Shown: positions 17,399 through 28,383 of the stretch, piece by piece
How the letters are laid out: each line of letters starts with the position of its first letter
Numbering within the stretch: the stretch's first letter is position 1
From: SAR86 cluster bacterium
Lineage (GTDB): Bacteria; Pseudomonadota; Gammaproteobacteria; Magnimaribacterales; TMED112
Reading direction: 5' to 3'
Length of the DNA stretch: 42,763 bases
Assembly: GCA_004321845.1 (NCBI GenBank)
Contig: SHBL01000003.1
Location: forward strand, 1 to 42,763
Translations under genes and position numbers: made by a program
The notes under the pieces: generated by a model
Databases searched by the model: none
Seen by the model: the letters and a program-made list of their open reading frames with translations, nothing else
What the model was told of the DNA's origin: nothing

Positions 17399-18922
17399 AT
17401 GTCTAGATCTCTAGTTCTATCGAATTCTGAATTAATTGAAAAATCTGTAGCCAACAATGAGGGTGAGCTAACTCATACTGGAGCACTATTATCTTTGACA
17501 GGCAATAGAACGGGACGAAGCCCGAACGACAGGTTTATAGTAAAGGAAAATAGTACTGAAGATAAAATTGATTGGGGTGATGTAAATAAGCCTTTTAATG
17601 CACACCATTTTGATAAACTTTGGAATAAAGTTAATAACTATCTAGATGACAAGGTTAACTATGTTTCAAATGTACATGTTGGAGCTAATAAAGATCATTA
17701 TATACCCGTTGAAGTAAAATCAGAGCTAGCCTGGCACTCATTGTTTTCAAAGTTAATTTTTATTTCTCCTCACCATTTTAATGAAGAAAATAAAGAAGTT
17801 TGGAAAATTGTAACTGCAGCAGATTATGTTTGTGACCCTAAAGAGGATCACACAAACTCTGAATCATGCGTTATTATCAATTTTCTAAGAAGAAGGGTTC
17901 TAATAGCAGGTATGAAGTATGCTGGGGAGATGAAGAAATCCATGTTTGCAGTGCAAAACTTTCTTTTGCCAGAAAAGGGAGTTCTTCCGATGCATTGCTC
18001 TGCAAACCAAACATCAGATGGTAGAACAACATTGTTCTTTGGGTTGTCTGGAACAGGAAAAACTACATTATCTGCTGACCCGAAATGCTCTCTTATTGGG
18101 GATGATGAACATGGCTGGGGAGATGGAACGGTTTTTAACTTCGAGGGGGGTTGTTATGCAAAATGTATAAACCTTTCGCAGGAAAATGAACCTCTTATTT
18201 GGGATGCGATAAAATTTGGCAGCATCCTTGAGAATGTTGTTATAAGTGACGCTGGAGTCCCAGATTACACCGATGCTAAATATACTGAAAATACTAGAGT
18301 CTGTTATCCAAGAAATTTTATTGAAGGGGCTATACCTGAAAATGAAGGCTGTGAACCAGACAATATAATTTTTTTAACTTGCGATCTTTCAGGCGTTCTT
18401 CCACCTGTGAGTGTTTTAGATGAGAATGCTGCTGCGTACCATTTCTTGAGTGGATATACTGCAAAAGTTGGATCCACAGAGATAGGAGCTTCTAAATCAA
18501 TGGATTTTGCATTCTCAACTTGCTTTGGAGCACCATTTTTTCCAAGACCTGCTGGGGTTTATGCAGATCTGCTCATTAAGAGGGCAAAGAGAAACAAAAC
18601 GAAAGTCTTTCTTGTAAATACAGGTTGGACTGGGGGTGGGTTTGGTGTTGGTAAAAGATTTCCGATACCTGTGACAAGAGCAATCATTAATGCTATCCAA
18701 GATAATAAAGTTGATTTAACCAATCTGGAGTATTTAGAAAAACTGAATCTATATATTCCAAAAGAACTTGAAGGTGTTGAAAGTAATTATTTGAAGCCCA
18801 GAGATTGCTGGGAATCTAAAGATGCCTATGATCAAGAATGCGAGGCTCTGTCTCAAAAATTCAAAGATAATTTTAAAAGATTTGATGTTCCACAAGAAAT
18901 AATAGAAGCCGGGCCTAAATAA
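17399..18922 (+). CDS. pckA: Phosphoenolpyruvate carboxykinase (ATP)
   Basis: [56 protein letters not shown]. Confidence 0.98.
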   Translation: MSRSLVLSNSELIEKSVANNEGELTHTGALLSLTGNRTGRSPNDRFIVKENSTEDKIDWGDVNKPFNAHHFDKLWNKVNNYLDDKVNYVSNVHVGANKDHYIPVEVKSELAWHSLFSKLIFISPHHFNEENKEVWKIVTAADYVCDPKEDHTNSESCVIINFLRRRVLIAGMKYAGEMKKSMFAVQNFLLPEKGVLPMHCSANQTSDGRTTLFFGLSGTGKTTLSADPKCSLIGDDEHGWGDGTVFNFEGGCYAKCINLSQENEPLIWDAIKFGSILENVVISDAGVPDYTDAKYTENTRVCYPRNFIEGAIPENEGCEPDNIIFLTCDLSGVLPPVSVLDENAAAYHFLSGYTAKVGSTEIGASKSMDFAFSTCFGAPFFPRPAGVYADLLIKRAKRNKTKVFLVNTGWTGGGFGVGKRFPIPVTRAIINAIQDNKVDLTNLEYLEKLNLYIPKELEGVESNYLKPRDCWESKDAYDQECEALSQKFKDNFKRFDVPQEIIEAGPK

Positions 18923-18929
18923 AATAATT

Positions 18930-20414
18930 ATGGTTGTACTCAGCCAAGATAGAATCACAAACTTTCTTAAATCAGACAGGGTTACCTATAAGGGTCTTGA
19001 AAAAGAAAATCTTAGATCAGACATAGATGGAAAAATCACAAACAATACGTTTCCTGATGTATTTGGTGTCCATAATTTTAATAGGTACATCACATTAGAT
19101 TACTCTGAACCTCATTTAGAAATAGTTACACCTCCTTTTGAGAACAATTTAGATGTTTTTAATTTCCTTCATGACTTACACACATATGTTGAAAATAACT
19201 TAGATGGAGATATGTTGTGGAATTATTCAATGCCACCTAAATTTAAAAGTAAATATATAAAACTTCCGCCCCATGGAAAAACAAATTCAACAAAACTAGC
19301 CCACCTCTATAGGCTTGGCTTAAGAAACAGATATGGAGATAAGATGCAAAGCACTGCCGGAATACATTTTAATTTTTCTTTTTCAGAATCTGCCATATCA
19401 CATATAGGTTGCGAAAAAACTGAGCTTTATTTAGGCACATGTAGGAATTTCTTGAGGGTATTTCCTATGATTTTACGTCTAATGGGTTGCTCCCCAGTAG
19501 CACATAATTCTTTCTTAAAAGGAAGGAATATCAACATAGAAAACCTTAATGATGAAGACTGTTACCTGCCAAAATCAACATCTTTACGAGTAAGTAGGCT
19601 TGGATATTACTCAGAAGAACAAGATGAAAACTTTATAACTTTCAATACGCTTGAAGGGTACCTTGAAACTATAAAAGACTATATCAATATACCTAATGAC
19701 AAATTTAAAGATATTTCTTTAGACCTCAAACAACAAGTTAATAATGGAACCATACAGATGGAAAGTGAACTTTATAATCATATAAGGCCGAAGGGAATAA
19801 TATCTAAAGATATTCGTCCTTACAATCAGCTTAAAGAAAACGGCATTGAATATCTTGAAATAAGATCAATTGATCTAAATCCTTACTCAAGCATAGGGAT
19901 AAGTATGGAAGACATTGAATTTTTGGAGCTAGTTTCATTGTACTGCGCACTATCTGATGCTCCTAAAATAAATGATGTTGAAAGTTTGTGCATAAAAGAA
20001 AATATTAGAAGATCGTCTGAAAGCGGTCAAAACTGTAACTTCATTTCATCTCTTGACGGAGATAAGGCTGAAGTTCCAGCAGATGTTATCACTAATTCAT
20101 TTCTTGGTGAACTTGAAGATTTCGCAAAAATAATGGGTCTTTCAAAAGAAAAAAAGAAAATGTTTGAAGAGTTTTTTCAAAGAAATACAACAACGTTATC
20201 AATGAAGTTTATTGAAGATGTAGAAAAATCTGGAGGTGTTCTGCCGTTAGTTCTTGAAAAATCAGTTCATACAAAAAGAAATATCGATGATAAAAACTTA
20301 TCTTTATTCAAAAAAGAACGTGAATTATCAGAGAAGGAATACCTGAAAGAAAAAAATGAAGATAAGATATTATTTGAAGATTACTTGGAAGCTTTTAGGG
20401 GAGAAATAAAGTGA
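18930..20414 (+). CDS. gshA: Glutamate--cysteine ligase
   Basis: GLEKENLR, ITLDYSE, YRLGLRNRYG, MQSTAGIHFNFS, TSLRVSRLGY, IRPK, GIEYLEIRSIDLNP. Confidence 0.94.
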   Translation: MVVLSQDRITNFLKSDRVTYKGLEKENLRSDIDGKITNNTFPDVFGVHNFNRYITLDYSEPHLEIVTPPFENNLDVFNFLHDLHTYVENNLDGDMLWNYSMPPKFKSKYIKLPPHGKTNSTKLAHLYRLGLRNRYGDKMQSTAGIHFNFSFSESAISHIGCEKTELYLGTCRNFLRVFPMILRLMGCSPVAHNSFLKGRNINIENLNDEDCYLPKSTSLRVSRLGYYSEEQDENFITFNTLEGYLETIKDYINIPNDKFKDISLDLKQQVNNGTIQMESELYNHIRPKGIISKDIRPYNQLKENGIEYLEIRSIDLNPYSSIGISMEDIEFLELVSLYCALSDAPKINDVESLCIKENIRRSSESGQNCNFISSLDGDKAEVPADVITNSFLGELEDFAKIMGLSKEKKKMFEEFFQRNTTTLSMKFIEDVEKSGGVLPLVLEKSVHTKRNIDDKNLSLFKKERELSEKEYLKEKNEDKILFEDYLEAFRGEIK

Positions 20415-21412
20415 AGATATTGCATTGTAAAGAATATGGGCCAATTGAAAATCTTGTTTGGGAGGATATAGAGACCCCAGAGCCTGGCGAAAATGAAGTA
20501 GTAGTTAGCATTAAGGCTGCGGCTTTAAATTTTCCTGATTATTTAATAGTTCAAGGCTTGTATCAGTTTAAACCAGAGCTACCTTTTGCTCCTGGCAATG
20601 AAGGTGCAGGAATTATTACAAAAATTGGTAAGAATGTTACAAGGTTTAAAGAAGGAGATAGAGTCTACTTTATGGCTCCATACGGTGCGTTTGCTGAAGA
20701 AGCATGTATGAATGAATTTGGGGTTTTTCCTATATCAGATAAAGTCTCTTTTGAGCTAGCTGCATCCTACCAGATGGCTTATGGTACAAGTTACCATGCT
20801 CTCATTCAGAGAGGGAACCTAAAAAAAGATGATGAAGTTTTAATTTTAGGGGCTTCTGGAGGTGTTGGTCTAGCTGCGCTTGATATAGCAAAGGCAAAAG
20901 GTGCTCGCGTTGTGGCAGGCGTGTCAACTGAAGAAAAAGCAAAGATTTGTAGAGAATATGGTGCTGATGACGTAGTTATTTATGGAAATGGTCCGTCAGA
21001 TAAAGACTCAGCCAAGCAATTTTCTGCTGAGCTAAAATCGAAAAGCACTAAAGGGGGTTATGATGTTATTTATGACCCAATTGGAGACTGTTATGCTGAG
21101 CCAGCATTTAGGTCAATTGGCTGGAAAGGGAAATATTTAGTTGTTGGTTTTGCTGCAGGACAAATACCAAAACTTCCAATGAACTTAACTTTACTTAAAG
21201 GGGCGTCAGTAGTTGGTGTCTTTTGGGGTGCTTTTACAGGAAGAGAATTCGAAGAGAATCAAAAAAATATTGAAGACATAAACTCAATGCTTTTAAATGG
21301 TGTTATTAAGCCGTTAATTTCCAAGAAAATTCCAATGGAAGATGCAATTGAAGCTATAAGCCTAATTGGAAGCAGAGGCGTTGTTGGAAAAGTAGTTTTA
21401 ATCAATAATTAA
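20411..21412 (+). CDS. NADPH:quinone oxidoreductase family (MDR/zeta-crystallin-like)
   Basis: ALNFPDYLIVQGLYQ, PGNEGAG, LGASGGVG, VVGFAAG, GVFWG, GKVVL. Confidence 0.92.
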   Translation: MKILHCKEYGPIENLVWEDIETPEPGENEVVVSIKAAALNFPDYLIVQGLYQFKPELPFAPGNEGAGIITKIGKNVTRFKEGDRVYFMAPYGAFAEEACMNEFGVFPISDKVSFELAASYQMAYGTSYHALIQRGNLKKDDEVLILGASGGVGLAALDIAKAKGARVVAGVSTEEKAKICREYGADDVVIYGNGPSDKDSAKQFSAELKSKSTKGGYDVIYDPIGDCYAEPAFRSIGWKGKYLVVGFAAGQIPKLPMNLTLLKGASVVGVFWGAFTGREFEENQKNIEDINSMLLNGVIKPLISKKIPMEDAIEAISLIGSRGVVGKVVLINN

Positions 21413-21417
21413 ATAAT

Positions 21418-22041
21418 TTATTGAGAAACTAATAGTGATTTAATAACCAGGGCCATAGCTGAACTTTCAAATGGCGCTTTAAATATACCTATAACCTCAG
21501 CTTCGTCATTAACAACAATTAAGTGGTTTGTATGAGATATAACTCTTTGGTTCATATGATTTTCCATTGGTGCTAATTTTTCAACACCAAGCTGATAACC
21601 AAGCTTTACCACTTCTGGTATTTCACCACTAATACCAAGGAAATCAGGATTAAATGCTGTCACATAACTTTTTAATCTGTCTAATGTATCAATTTCAGGA
21701 TCAAAACTGACAAGATAATAAGCAATGTTTTCTGTTTCAATTTTTTCATATACCTGCTTCATAACAGACATCATAACTGGGCATTCAGTTGGGCAACTTG
21801 AATAACCAAAATATAAAAAATTCAAATCGTTTGCAGCAAAGTTATCTTTAGTGAAGCTATTTCCATCATGATCAATCAATTTAAAGTTTCTTAATTCTTC
21901 AAAAGATCCATACTGATAGAATCCATTAACTTTCATTTCATCTTGTGATAAAACCCTTGGTTGGCTTATCCGCCATACCGAATAAAAAGAGAGAAATATA
22001 ACTACTGCAAATAGAATAATGGTTAAAAAGTTCTTAGACAT
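21418..22041 (-). CDS. SCO1/SenC copper chaperone
   Basis: N-terminal TM, FGYSSCPTECP (CxxxC), SFDPEID, downstream His (ISH). Confidence 0.93.
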   Translation of the reverse strand: MSKNFLTIILFAVVIFLSFYSVWRISQPRVLSQDEMKVNGFYQYGSFEELRNFKLIDHDGNSFTKDNFAANDLNFLYFGYSSCPTECPVMMSVMKQVYEKIETENIAYYLVSFDPEIDTLDRLKSYVTAFNPDFLGISGEIPEVVKLGYQLGVEKLAPMENHMNQRVISHTNHLIVVNDEAEVIGIFKAPFESSAMALVIKSLLVSQ

Positions 22042-22900
22042 AAAGCATTAATAAAAAATCAATATACGTGGCTAAAAAAAATAAAAACATATATTTCACA
22101 GAAAAATTAAAAATTTTCATAGACAACTCATTTTTTTCATCGCCTAAATAGGCTATACATAAATAAATGAAATAGATGTTTAGAGCAGTGGTTGAAAATA
22201 AGTAAAAATAACCAGTGAGTCCATAAAAAAATGGAGCAAGTGAAGCACCTAAAAGTAAAAAAGCATATACAACCATTTCTTTCTTTGTTCTAGTCACTCC
22301 TTTTGCAATTGGCATCATTGGAACACCTTCTTTCTTATATTCTTCTAGCCTATCTATAGCAAGTGGCCAAAAGTGAGGCGGGGTCCATAAAAAAATAACT
22401 AGTACAAGAATTAATGGAAGCAAAGAGATTTCATTTGTCACGGCAGTCCATCCTATTAATGGCGGCAAAGCACCAGATAGCCCTCCAATTACAATATTTT
22501 GTGGTGTGGCCCACTTAAGATAAATTGTGTAGATCAGGCTATAAAAAATAAAACCTAATGTTGTGATAAACAAGGTGAGTAAATTAGAAAAATACAGAAG
22601 TAGGCTTGATCCAATAAATAAAAGCATTGCTGTAAAAGATAGAGCCTGAAATAATGTTAATTCACCAGTTGCAAGCGGTCTCTTTTTTGTTCTTTCCATG
22701 TTTTTGTCAGATTCTCTATCAAAAATTTGGTTTAAAGCAGCTGAAGAGGCGGCTAGCAAAGCAAAACCCAATAGACTAGCTAAGCTGCTAAGTACATTTG
22801 AATAAAACTCTACAGTAAGCAACATCCCAACAAGCGCTGTTATGGTTAATAAAAGAACTATTTTAGGCTTGCATAAATCTATGAAACTAGATATTCCCAT
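22034..22900 (-). CDS. cyoE: Protoheme IX farnesyltransferase (haem O synthase)
   Basis: NQIFDRESDKNMERTKKRPL, TPQNIVIGG, GALPPLIGW, WTPPHFW. Confidence 0.96.
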   Translation of the reverse strand: MGISSFIDLCKPKIVLLLTITALVGMLLTVEFYSNVLSSLASLLGFALLAASSAALNQIFDRESDKNMERTKKRPLATGELTLFQALSFTAMLLFIGSSLLLYFSNLLTLFITTLGFIFYSLIYTIYLKWATPQNIVIGGLSGALPPLIGWTAVTNEISLLPLILVLVIFLWTPPHFWPLAIDRLEEYKKEGVPMMPIAKGVTRTKKEMVVYAFLLLGASLAPFFYGLTGYFYLFSTTALNIYFIYLCIAYLGDEKNELSMKIFNFSVKYMFLFFLATYIDFLLMLYV

Positions 22901-23870
22901 CAGTTCTCCTGAAACCCAAAAATGTCATTATCACAAAAGACAAAAATAACATTACCCCTACTATATTGTGCGCAACTGCGTTCCACAAAGGAAGTGAACT
23001 TAAGACATTGTTTACTCCGAGAAACACCTGTGTGAATAAAACTACTAGAAACCCAATAATGATGGGTTTAGTTTCTTTAGACCAAAGCTTAAATGCCATG
23101 AAAAGCGAATAAAAGAAGACTACTATTGCCCCAATCCTGTGGGTTAAATGTATTGCAACTCTAGCTTCATTGCTCATTTGTCCATATAGATAATTAGGCC
23201 CTATAGATTGAAATAAGTTGAATCCTTCTTTGAAATCAACATCAGGCACTAGCTGACCCTGGCAATACGGAAGATCAAGACAGGCTCTGGCTGCGTAATT
23301 TGTTGAGGTCCATGCCCCTAAAAAAATTTGAAATATTATTAATACAAAACCGATTATTATTAAAGTCTTGTTTCTAACCAGGACATCATAGGTTTTGGTA
23401 ATTTTTAGAGACTTCATGAAAATCACGAGAAACAATGATGTTGCAATCATTGCTCCAAATAAATGTGATGTGACAATTAGTGGGTGCAGCTTAAGGCTTA
23501 CTGTAAGGTATCCAAATATTCCTTGTCCAATAATTACCAAAAGCAAAGTTGCAGATTCAACTTTTAATTTATTTTCTCTAAATGCAATAAATAATAGTGC
23601 TATTGCTAAGAGCCCGAGTGAAGCAGCAAACCATCTATGCACAACTTCTGGAATAATCTTATCAATCTCAACTGGTGAGTCTGGATATAGGTTTTCAGCG
23701 ATAGCTATTTCATCAGGTGTTGTCGGAAATGTTACAAACCCGTAGCACCCTGGCCAATCAGGGCAACCAAGCCCAGCATCTGCCAGTCTTGTCCAAGCCC
23801 CAAGCCCTATTACGACAAAACAAAAAGCTACACCTATAGCTGAAAAAACTTTTGTTGTTAGATAGTTCAT
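22887..23870 (-). CDS. ctaA: Haem A synthase (COX15/CtaA)
   Basis: GAWTRLADAGLGCPDWPGC, EVVHR, HLFG, LGAWTSTNYA, HRIG, HN. Confidence 0.93.
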   Translation of the reverse strand: MNYLTTKVFSAIGVAFCFVVIGLGAWTRLADAGLGCPDWPGCYGFVTFPTTPDEIAIAENLYPDSPVEIDKIIPEVVHRWFAASLGLLAIALLFIAFRENKLKVESATLLLVIIGQGIFGYLTVSLKLHPLIVTSHLFGAMIATSLFLVIFMKSLKITKTYDVLVRNKTLIIIGFVLIIFQIFLGAWTSTNYAARACLDLPYCQGQLVPDVDFKEGFNLFQSIGPNYLYGQMSNEARVAIHLTHRIGAIVVFFYSLFMAFKLWSKETKPIIIGFLVVLFTQVFLGVNNVLSSLPLWNAVAHNIVGVMLFLSFVIMTFLGFRRTDGNI

Positions 23871-24421
23871 AGTATTTCTTTTACTTCCTCGAAAATATCA
23901 TTAAAAGTCAGCTCTTTTTGAAACTCCCAAATTAATAGAGCAAATGAATCTACTACAAACATTGATTTTGATGAATAAGGATCCTCCAATCGGTCATTGA
24001 TGTTCTTGCTGAATACATCATTTTCATCGTACAAAAAAATCACGCCAGGATATTTAGATCTTAGTGCTAATGCATCATTAAATGTATCTTTATTTTTATA
24101 TATAACCATTCTTAATAGCCTATGTCCTTCTCTTCTTAGGGTTATTTTTGAACTTCTGGCTATTTCATATTTTTTTTCACTTAGCTCTTCATCTTCAAAA
24201 TTATCGAAGTAAACAAAATAAAACTTGCCAGGCATAAATTCAAACTTAGTGCCATCTTCTTTTATGAGATTGGTATTTTTAGTTTCTATTTTTGGCTCAA
24301 TAGGAGTGCCTACCGTGTTTATTTCAGGCTTATAGCCTAAAAAATACGTAAGCGTAGAAGCAGTTAATGTTATTAGCGGTATTAATAGAATTATTACTGC
24401 CAATCTATATTGTTTATCCAT
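23867..24421 (-). CDS. Conserved membrane-anchored hypothetical protein of the cox cluster
   Basis: Single N-terminal TM; sits between SURF1 and COX15, where Pseudomonas-like cox clusters carry an uncharacterised membrane protein; overlaps both neighbours. Confidence 0.7.
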   Translation of the reverse strand: MDKQYRLAVIILLIPLITLTASTLTYFLGYKPEINTVGTPIEPKIETKNTNLIKEDGTKFEFMPGKFYFVYFDNFEDEELSEKKYEIARSSKITLRREGHRLLRMVIYKNKDTFNDALALRSKYPGVIFLYDENDVFSKNINDRLEDPYSSKSMFVVDSFALLIWEFQKELTFNDIFEEVKEIL

Positions 24422-25103
24422 CTTTCCTCCTAAATGCGTAAATAGTTAATATTATTAATGCTGCGCATAACCCAAACCACTGAATGGCATAGCCAATGTG
24501 TTTGCTTGCCGCCATATTTACTGGTTTTTCTATAGCTAGAAATTTTTTTTCATCTCTAATATCTAGGTTAAATAAGAATGGGTGCAAATACCTATCTTTC
24601 AATACAGGAAACTTATTAATTAAGCTTTCTGTGTTGAATTCTTGGATAATCCTAATGTCCGATTCTTGTATGTCTTTCACAAACGAATTATTTTCTTTTA
24701 TTAAAGCACTGCCACTCAGCGCTTGCTTGCCTTTGGGCAAGTCTATAAATGGTAGATTATTTTTAATCATATTTCTTTCAATAAAACCTCTATGCACAAA
24801 GATAAAAGCACCATCTGCATTTTCAAAAAGCTGGTAAACCTTAAAGCCAGCACGACCATTCAAAATTGCATTATCTTCAAAAATAATTGTTTCCCTAAAG
24901 ACCCCAGTTGTTTTAATAGGTTGCCAATTTTGATATTCACTATTTTTTTGGAGATCTATAGGTTCTGAGGTTAAAAGCTTGTCATAATTCGCTATTATTT
25001 CTTTTTTTTCTTCAGCCCTGTCTATCTGCCAAAAACCAAGACTTATAGTTATGGGGACAAATATTATTGCAAAAATTAATATCTTTGATTTGAAGCTATT
25101 CAA
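24414..25103 (-). CDS. SURF1 family cytochrome oxidase assembly protein
   Basis: LGFWQIDRAEEK, DN..NGRAGF, VHRGF, KHIGYAIQWF. Confidence 0.94.
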   Translation of the reverse strand: MNSFKSKILIFAIIFVPITISLGFWQIDRAEEKKEIIANYDKLLTSEPIDLQKNSEYQNWQPIKTTGVFRETIIFEDNAILNGRAGFKVYQLFENADGAFIFVHRGFIERNMIKNNLPFIDLPKGKQALSGSALIKENNSFVKDIQESDIRIIQEFNTESLINKFPVLKDRYLHPFLFNLDIRDEKKFLAIEKPVNMAASKHIGYAIQWFGLCAALIILTIYAFRRKDG

Positions 25104-25118
25104 TGTTTTAATATTCCA

Positions 25119-25331
25119 GTGTTAAAAACTATCATTCTTATTTTACTTATATTGGTTTTAATAAGCTTGGGTTCAAGCCTTGTTTTTCTTTTCTTAGACA
25201 GAGGTGACCCAAGTAAAAGAAGAATTCTATATGGCCTTGGTTTTAGGGTTACGCTAGGCGCTATTTTATTGGTGCTCATAGTTTATGGTATTTCAACTGG
25301 CCAACTAGGCAATGCAGCGCCTTGGGGCTAA
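25119..25331 (+). CDS. Twin-transmembrane small protein (DUF2909/HIG1-like)
   Basis: Two TM helices, SLGSSLVFL, LGFRVTL; divergent from SURF1 as in other cox clusters. Confidence 0.85.
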   Translation: MLKTIILILLILVLISLGSSLVFLFLDRGDPSKRRILYGLGFRVTLGAILLVLIVYGISTGQLGNAAPWG

Positions 25332-26254
25332 AGAATATAAACGAATAAAAATAAACAGACCCAAACAACATCAACAAAATGCCAGTACCATGAGGCTGCT
25401 TCAAAGCCAAAATGTTCTTTGTCTGTAAAGTGATTAAATCCTGTAGATCTCGTTAGCTGGGTTGCTAAAAATATACCGCCAATCAGAACATGCATGCCAT
25501 GAAAGCCTGTAAGCATAAAAAAAGTGGTTCCATAGACTCCTGTATTGAGCGTTAGTCCGAGATGGCTATATGCTTCGTAATATTCAACTGCTTGCAGAAT
25601 TACAAATATAAATGCGAGAGCTACTGTGACTCCTAACCAGAAATTAAACCTTTTTCTGTTGTTGTCTTTCAAAGCCATATGGGCAAAATGCACTGTTGCG
25701 CTTGATGTGAGCAAAACAACTGTATTATACAAAGGTAGCCATGTTGCTAAACTCTTAATGCTATGCAAATACATATTTTCATCTGGCCCCTTTGTTACAG
25801 CTTGATCGCCCAAAAGACTTTCTTCAGGGGTAATCATGGGTGGCCATGTTGCTTCAAAATCTGGCCATAATAATTCGCCTGCAAGACCTTTTGCTGTTGG
25901 TCCCTCTCCCCCTAGCCAGCTTATAGAAAATGTTCTTATGTAGAAAAGTGCTCCAAAAAATGCTCCAAAAAACATTACTTCTGAAAAAATAAACCATGCC
26001 ATACCATAGACATATGAAGTGTTTAATTGTGGTGTGTCGAGACCAGCTTGAGATTCTCTAATAACAACTGACCACCAGTAAGCCATAGTAGAAACAACCG
26101 CAACAATACCCATGAATAATAGAGTCGTTCCTTTGCCCATTACTGCATCTGCTGCGCCAACACCAAAGAAAAGCATAGCAACCGCAAAAATTATTGGTAT
26201 TGAGCTACTTTCAGGTACGTAATATTTTTGATGACCTGTAGATTCAGTGTTCAT
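25328..26254 (-). CDS. coxC: Cytochrome c oxidase subunit III
   Basis: GMAWFIFSEVMFF, NTVVLLTSS, FFMLTGFHGMHV, WYWHFVDVVW. Confidence 0.97.
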   Translation of the reverse strand: MNTESTGHQKYYVPESSSIPIIFAVAMLFFGVGAADAVMGKGTTLLFMGIVAVVSTMAYWWSVVIRESQAGLDTPQLNTSYVYGMAWFIFSEVMFFGAFFGALFYIRTFSISWLGGEGPTAKGLAGELLWPDFEATWPPMITPEESLLGDQAVTKGPDENMYLHSIKSLATWLPLYNTVVLLTSSATVHFAHMALKDNNRKRFNFWLGVTVALAFIFVILQAVEYYEAYSHLGLTLNTGVYGTTFFMLTGFHGMHVLIGGIFLATQLTRSTGFNHFTDKEHFGFEAASWYWHFVDVVWVCLFLFVYIL

Positions 26255-26798
26255 GGTTCAAAGCTAGCGCTTCCTCTCTTTCTGTTTCAAACAAAGTATA
26301 TGATAAATAAACATTATTTACATTTTCGGTAAGCTCAGAATCAATATAAAATCTTATAGGCCATTCTTGGGTTTCATATGGCCCAAGTGTTTGTTCACTA
26401 AAACAAAAACATTGTATTTTTTTAACGTTTTCTGCAGCCAGGCCTGGAGAAACAGATGGCACTATTGAAAGAGTTAATTTTTTGTTTGTGTTGTTGGTTG
26501 CTACATATGATGTTTTGCTTACCTTATCGGTCATAACCTCAATATTTGTCTCAGTTGGGTAAAATGTTACAGGTGCTGACCCATTAACAGTACTTAAAAA
26601 CCTTATATTTACCTGTCTTTCATAAGTTTCATTATTTTTTTTGAAAAAATCAGATGGGCCATATATTTTTCCATTTAGTCCAGTGACTTCACAAAAAACA
26701 TTGTAAAGAGGCACCAACATAAATGAAAAGAGAAACATAAAAGCTACCGCTCCCAACAGAGATAAGAAAATTTTGTTTTGCAGTGGTCCTTTAGCCAT
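26244..26798 (-). CDS. ctaG: Cytochrome c oxidase assembly protein Cox11/CtaG
   Basis: [28 protein letters not shown]. Confidence 0.95.
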   Translation of the reverse strand: MAKGPLQNKIFLSLLGAVAFMFLFSFMLVPLYNVFCEVTGLNGKIYGPSDFFKKNNETYERQVNIRFLSTVNGSAPVTFYPTETNIEVMTDKVSKTSYVATNNTNKKLTLSIVPSVSPGLAAENVKKIQCFCFSEQTLGPYETQEWPIRFYIDSELTENVNNVYLSYTLFETEREEALALNHEH

Positions 26799-28374
26799 TT
26801 ATTTTTGGTGGTACATCAAAGGTATGATAAGGAGCTGGTGAATCTACTGTCCATTCGAGACCATCTGCTCCATCCCAAACTTGAGGCGTTGCTTTCTTGC
26901 CAGCAAATACAGTCTTAACCACAATGTATAAGAAAAGTAGCTGTGAAAAACCAAACAAGAATGCTCCTACTGAGGATACGGCATTCCATTCTGCAAATTG
27001 AAGTGCATAGTCAGCGTACCTTCTAGGCATTCCAGCAAGTCCCACAAAGTGTTGAGGGAAAAATGTGATATTGACTCCTATAAAAGAAAGCCAAAAATGC
27101 AATCTTCCCATTTTTTCGTCGTACATGTTTCCCGTCCATTTAGGGAGCCAATAGTAAACGGCTGCCATTATAGAAAAAACAGCACCTGGTACTAAAACAT
27201 AATGAAAATGAGCAACTACAAAATAAGTATCATGATATTGAAAGTCAGCTGGTGTGATTGCCAACATAAGACCGGAGAAGCCACCAATAGTAAAGAGAAC
27301 CACAAACGCTATAGCGAATAGCATTGGTGTTTCATATGTAATTGAACCTTTAAAAATTGTTGCGCACCAATTAAAAACTTTTACTCCAGTCGGTATAGCT
27401 ATCAACATTGTTGCCCACATAAAGAAAAGCTCTGCTACCAGAGGCATTCCAACTGTAAACATGTGATGTGCCCAAACTACGAAGGATAAAACTGCTATAG
27501 AAACCATTGCATATACCATTGAAGCATGTCCAAATAATGGCTTTCTTGAGAAAGTTGAAATTATATGTGATGTAATTCCAAATGCTGGAAGTATCATTAT
27601 ATAAACTTCTGGATGGCCAAAGAACCAAAAAACATGTTGAAACAAAACCGGGTCCCCACCACCCGCTGCATCAAAAAATGATGTGCCAAAGTATGCATCC
27701 ATCAACAGCATTGTAACTGCGCCTGCAAGGACGGGCATTACAGCAATTAGGAGGTAAGCTGTAATTAACCATGACCATACAAATAAAGGCATTTTCATAA
27801 GCGTCATACCTGGTGCTCTCATATTCATAATTGTTACAACGACATTGATTGAACCCATGATTGATGAAGCTCCCATAATGTGTATTGCAAATACAAAATA
27901 AGCCACATTTGGATAATTTGTTGATAGCGGTGCGTAAAAAGTCCAACCAAAGCCTGGCATACCACCTTCCATGAAAGCAGTTGATAAAAGTATTGTAAAT
28001 GCCGTAGGCAAGAGCCAGAAACTTAAATTATTCATTCTTGGCATGGCCATGTCAGGAGCACCTATTTGCATTGGTATTAGCCAGTTTGCAAGACCAACAA
28101 ATGCGGGCATAACACCCCCAAAAATCATAATTAAACCATGCATAGTTACCAGTTGGTTGTACCTTATTGGATCCATCAACTGAAGCCCTGGTTCAAATAA
28201 CTCTGCCCTTATTCCCATGGCAAATGCGCCACCCAGAAGAAATGCAGCAAAACTAAACCATAGGTATAATGTTCCAATATCTTTGTGGTTGGTTGTGGTT
28301 AACCATCTCATGATGCCTTTCTTTGGCCCATGATGGTCGTCATGATGGTCGTGATTTTCAACTACTGCGCTCAT
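26791..28374 (-). CDS. coxA: Cytochrome c oxidase subunit I (A1-type)
   Basis: [48 protein letters not shown]. Confidence 0.99.
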   Translation of the reverse strand: MSAVVENHDHHDDHHGPKKGIMRWLTTTNHKDIGTLYLWFSFAAFLLGGAFAMGIRAELFEPGLQLMDPIRYNQLVTMHGLIMIFGGVMPAFVGLANWLIPMQIGAPDMAMPRMNNLSFWLLPTAFTILLSTAFMEGGMPGFGWTFYAPLSTNYPNVAYFVFAIHIMGASSIMGSINVVVTIMNMRAPGMTLMKMPLFVWSWLITAYLLIAVMPVLAGAVTMLLMDAYFGTSFFDAAGGGDPVLFQHVFWFFGHPEVYIMILPAFGITSHIISTFSRKPLFGHASMVYAMVSIAVLSFVVWAHHMFTVGMPLVAELFFMWATMLIAIPTGVKVFNWCATIFKGSITYETPMLFAIAFVVLFTIGGFSGLMLAITPADFQYHDTYFVVAHFHYVLVPGAVFSIMAAVYYWLPKWTGNMYDEKMGRLHFWLSFIGVNITFFPQHFVGLAGMPRRYADYALQFAEWNAVSSVGAFLFGFSQLLFLYIVVKTVFAGKKATPQVWDGADGLEWTVDSPAPYHTFDVPPKING

Positions 28375-28383
28375 ATATATCTC

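Noticed and set aside
28329-28352. 12-bp tandem duplication CATGATGGTCGT x2 in coxA
   Set aside because: It encodes the His/Asp-rich N-terminal tail (HDHHDDHH) common in proteobacterial subunit I
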